A stretch of DNA of 64,000 nucleotides, taken from Euglena gracilis. Lineage: Eukaryota. A program made the position numbers and the translations under genes. This document shows positions 59,512-64,000 of the stretch, in pieces (the stretch's first letter is position 1; each line of letters starts with the position of its first letter). The notes under the pieces were generated by a model that was not told the DNA's origin, did not search any database, and saw only the letters and a list, made by a program, of their open reading frames with translations. The stretch is from contig CP154954.1 of assembly GCA_039621445.1 (NCBI GenBank), forward strand, positions 11,133,229-11,197,228, in the 5' to 3' direction.

Positions 59512-62500
59512 AGTGTACGTCCAAAGCTTTCCCTTTTCCCCTTTTTGGGACTTTCTGTAAAAGCGTTTCGCTTTCGCCTTGGTGCGCAGCCTACTTATTA
59601 CTTATGGTAGGGAAAAGTCTTTGGAGTAACGAAAAGTGGTTTTCCCCTTTTCTTCCTAATTCCCCAAGAAGCAAAGCACAAAGCAAAGACTCAGAAGTTT
59701 CTTCTGAGATCAAGTTCGAATGTTCCGAGGGTTTTTCCCTCTGACAAAACCAATGGTCAAACTTTGGAAGAATGACAGTGAAGAATACCACCTGTGGTGG
59801 AAGGAGAGATAAGTGCTGACGTGTCCAGGGGCAGATCCCAGAAGGGTCTGCCACGATCTTACCAGCTGTGGACTTCCACAGTGGTGCGACCGTCACAGAA
59901 CCCACTCTGCAGATATCCTACAGAGCTGGGACGTGCCTGGTACACATCCCTCTCCCAGGGCTACGCCCGATTCCTTCATGGACCAGGGTTTCCCAGTCCA
60001 GTCAGGATATCTGACGCTGCCCCAGGTGGGGTTCACTTCTCCATTCGGTGTCTCTCCTTTCCGCACAGTGGCATCCACCCAAAGCCCAAAAACGCACAAA
60101 AGGTTAGCCGCGTTTCGCGGTTACCTATTAGCCGTTTCGGCTTAGGTGGGGTGTGAAAAAGCCCACTGTGGGAAACGGGGCTTGGCAGGTTTCCTGACAA
60201 AGTGTCCCATCCACCCACTTTGGGTGTGCCAAAGGCACGCGGGGTTGGTCAAGCGATTCGCTGAAAACCCGAGGGGAGAGGTGTGGAAGGGGGGGGCAGG
60301 CTCCTATCCTGGTCATACCCGGATAGGGCTCCTAGGCGGTCATACCCGCACTAGGAAACAAAAGCCTACTTACAAAACCGACTGCCGGCGACAGCTTTGC
60401 GAGGGTGGGGGGAAAGTAGGGAGGAGAGGGGGGCTGGCTTAGGCCAGAACAGAATTTTTGCTGTCTGGCAGCCTTAAGAGGCCTTAGGGCCGAAAAGTGA
60501 CAAGTTGGCCTATTATTACGGCGTGCGCGCTGTGTGCTGTGCGTCACTTAGCGGCTTGCCAGGTTTCCCGGCTGCCAAGGTCTTCACAGCAGTAGCTCCT
60601 TCACGATGCAATAAGAAGCGATTACCTCTTGCAGACGGTTTCCGTCCGCATGGCCATGGGCAGAGGGGTGGCTGGTGGCGGGGGGGGGGAAGGGCTCTTG
60701 GATGCTTCCATCCAGAGCGCAGAATGACACAGACCCGGGTTCATCCCAGGGCTGTTGAGCGATTTCCGCTACCAGTGTATATATATAGTATATGGATGTC
60801 CAGGCTCCATGAAGGCACTTACCTTACATGAGCCTGGTAATGCCGTTTCGGCATTACATCCGTTCCAGCCGCCAATAATCATGGCGGGAGTCCAAGGGAT
60901 CTTCCCCAAGGACCATCTGGAATTGTGGTGGTGGTGGCCTGTCTACGAGCCAGGTTTCTGGCGATTCGTATTCGAAATCAGGTGCCACCCAGTCCCGAAC
61001 CCATCCTTCGGGGACTGTGTGCTTGGTTACACTCGCTCTTTCCGCGAGGAACCACTGCAGCTACTCCCAGAATTTCCTGGGCAGAGTTGCTGGCCAGATG
61101 AAGTGGTTCATCCTTGGGTGATTGGCTGACACCTGCGGGGCATTCCCCGGGTGGAAGTCAATCGGCACGTGATACGCACATTCTGCGCGGACTGTATGGG
61201 GTCGTAATACGGCCCCAAGCCAGTCTTTCCAGGTCATCCCGTGGTTTTCGGGTGGCCATTGTGGCAGACACCAGCGACCGTTTCGGTCCTGGTTTTGGAA
61301 CAGGCTGAAAAGTATCTTTTCCCTGTCTGCTGTCTCCCAGAGGTAAGGTAATCTTACCCCTGCCTCCTCAGCGGCGAGGCGTATCGCCCCACCGTCGATC
61401 TGCCACCCACGGGCCATTCCCGTGTGGCGGGAGTCGTCGAGCTTGAGGTTGGCATACTTGAAAAAGTCCTTGAACTTTTTGTTCAAGGTGGAGTATTCCT
61501 CCAGTGGCTTCTCGGCACTTGGCACGATTGTGGGTACTGCGCCTTCCGCAGTGTGCCAGAAGGTACCTCGAAGGCAGTTGACGCAGAGTATCGGTACATT
61601 CGTACCGTCTCGTTCATTGGAACTGAAATTGTGCTTGTGGGTCCAACTGTCCACGCACTTGGCGCATACCAAGGCGGCACAGTTAGGGATGTATACATCC
61701 TTATGGAAGGATTTCCGATCCACAGGGTTGCACACATGGACGAGGAGTAATCCCAGGTCAGGTGCACTGTTATACATCTTGTGGCATACAGTGCAAAGCC
61801 ACACAAAACGGTTTTCCGTTGTCTTGTCGATGAGGAATTCCTCACCGAAGTAATGGGCCAAAACACGGGGAATCTGGAATTGTAATAATTCCAGGTCACG
61901 TTCTGATCAAAGGACCATTTTCGGCCCTGACAGAACAGTGGCTCAATCCACCGGTTGGGGCATTGCTGTGTCCTCAGTTTGTGGTCGATCATCATGTACC
62001 TGGGTTTCAGGTCATGAATCTCAGGATCATCCTGATTGACCGCGTTCCAGTCGATGATAACTTCGTCTTCCGAAGGTGTCTCGGCTGTTGAGGCGCGGGA
62101 TTTTCCCTGCCCCTTTGACGAAGGTTTCGGCTGTGAGGTTTTCCCATAGCCGGATGATGTGACGTGCGTGAATCCTTGTCCCGAGGGTAATCCCCGAGAG
62201 GAGGATGCAGCACTCTGGCCGCCAGCACCACCACCGCCTTTCGGTGGGGGCTGATCACCAGATCTCGGTGCGGGCTTACAAGGTGCGGCGCCCGGCTTTG
62301 ATTTTGCCGGGGCCTTCGGGCATCCGGTTTCCGGAGCATCCGAGGGCCGCCGATCGGCGTCGCGCTTGCTTGCCCAGGTGCGTGGTGACGCTTGGGACGG
62401 GGGTCGTCTCCCCGACACCGAGCGTCGTTGACCTTCAGCAGGGGTTTCCCGGGCTGAGGGCCGTCAAACGCGTTCCCTCGCGGCTTCCGTGGGTTTCCCA

Positions 62501-64000
62501 GGGGCAGCCGTGGGGGATGGTGTGGGTGTAGGCTCGGCCGGCACGCTTCGTACTGGTTGAGCCTGTGGTGGGGGCATGGACGTCCGCTTGGCCTGCTTTT
62601 CAGGCGCCGGTGTCCGTGTGCCCGGATGCTTTGGTGCAGTGGCTATGGCTGTGCGCTGAGGTGCGGGTTCATCCCGTGCCTCGGCTGGCGCTACCGGTGC
62701 TGATACAGGTTCATCCTGTACCGACACGGTTGTTGTTGTCTCCACTGCCATTGTTGTCTGTTCGCCTTCCGTCCGTGTCGCTTCCGACACCGGTGGTGGC
62801 GCCGCCGCTGGGGGAGGTTCATCCTCCACCATGGCTGTTGTGTCACGTGTGTCTTCTGTCGGCTGGGCAGCTTCCGCCGCAGCTGTGGAAGAACTGGCCG
62901 CTGTGCCACGTGGGGTGACAACTGCGATGAGTGACCGCAAACCACCGAGTACGCGTCCGCCTAGCAAGGTGCGTCGTTCCTCACCTGAAGTGGGCTCCTC
63001 GGTTGGCTCCTCTGTTAACGGGGTTTCCCCGGGAACAGGGAGCTTGAGGCGTAATACCTCAGGCGTGTGGGGCACCGTCTCCGGCGGGTTTTCCCGCGGA
63101 GGGGTCGGTCTGCCCGTCGTACCCAGTGAGGCTGGCGACAGTGGGACAGGCGTCATTTCACCTGTCGGCGATCCTGGGCGCTGGGCAGTTTCTGCCACAG
63201 TGTCCAGCATCACGACCGATGGGCTACGGGTTTTCCGTGCAGGGGGTTCCACTGGCTGACGTTCATCCTCGGCCATAGGGACCGTTTCTTCCTCCTCCTC
63301 CGCTTCCGGAGGGTAGTCCTCTGTGTGGAGTTGTGCTGCAGTGCGCGGGTCCTTTCCGCTTCTGTAGCACCCCTGTGCGTCGGACAGGCGGTAAAAGCTT
63401 ATACTTTCACTCCTGTCAGAGTTGGGGTAAGGAGGCGGCCACGACGCTCTCACCCAGCTTCCGGGTGGAGGTTGCGGCTCGTCCTCGTTGATCAGGCAGA
63501 GGTCTTCCCACTGCGATCGAAGGTTCCATCCCATACCCTGCTCTCCTGTGTCTTCCAGGAAAGCGGGCAATGGGACCGTATACCGAGTGTGACTTACCTC
63601 GCGTGCTGCGAAGAAAGGTTCGAACTACTTCCAGTCGAGGATATCCCCGAACTAGGTGTCCAGGTGATCCCGCAGACCACTTTCTGCCTGCTCCCATTCC
63701 GGCCGCAGGTTCATCCTGCGTCGGTCTGGGTCATGAGGTCTGGCGTCCACCTCGGTGTATCCCCGAGGTAACCACTTCCTGTGGATATCCACATCAGTGG
63801 TCATCTGTTCCAGGAAATAAATGTAGACTTCCAGGACGTAGGTAATCCACGCCCTGTGCCGGTACTGTTGTAGCAGAAATATTTTCTGCCGGTGCTGTTT
63901 CAGCACCTTTCGATCTTGTGTCCCAATCTGGGGATTCCGGCACTGATGCAGGAGGAATCTCCTGGTCGGCTGGCTGCCGGCACTTTCGGCAGTCGGAGGC
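59512..64000 (-). mobile_element. Diverged related Gypsy element D: 3' LTR, PPT, 3' UTR and 3' part of ORF3 (continues beyond the window)
   Basis: LTR 59512-59946 shares termini (TGTGTACCAGG...GACGTACACT) and TTTCGCCTTGG with the A/B LTRs; PPT GGGAGAGGGA 59947-59956. Confidence 0.87.
61061..64000 (-). pseudogene. ORF3 homologue of element D
   Basis: HRQKIFLLQQYRHRAWITYVLEVYIY, SFYRLSDAQGCYRSGKDPR, CTVC...HVC...CAALVCAKC...CVNC, RHTGMARGWQIDGGAIRLAAEE and QVSANHPRMNHFIWP all align to ORF3 of A/B. Confidence 0.85.

Overview
Eukaryotic, gene-free window made almost entirely of nested LTR retrotransposons. There are five copies of a large Ty3/Gypsy chromovirus-type group: A 8445-29853(-), C 29854-40333(-), B 40514-55287(-), B' 55288-59511(+) and D 59512->64000(-). 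Their layout is unusual: a long coiled-coil Gag with two CCHC knuckles, an in-frame UAG plus stem-loop at the gag/pol junction, and Pol as PR - Cys motifs - DNA N6-adenine-methyltransferase-like domain - RT - RNase H - integrase - chromodomain. A ~5.5-kb third sense ORF follows, carrying an 8-Cys PHD/ADD-like finger. Nested inside are a 1.67-kb mini-LTR element whose only cargo is an NPPF-type adenine MTase, a tandem 4-LTR TRIM array, and a 6.1-kb non-autonomous LTR element that contains a MITE. Both small elements have Tf1-like self-complementary primer sites. The three insertions with both ends visible have 4-bp TSDs. All coding regions carry stops or frameshifts. Bases 1-8431 duplicate 13423-21819 across a 13-N gap and are probably an assembly artefact. 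The host cannot be identified from the sequence; all domain calls are by-eye motif recognition, not database results.
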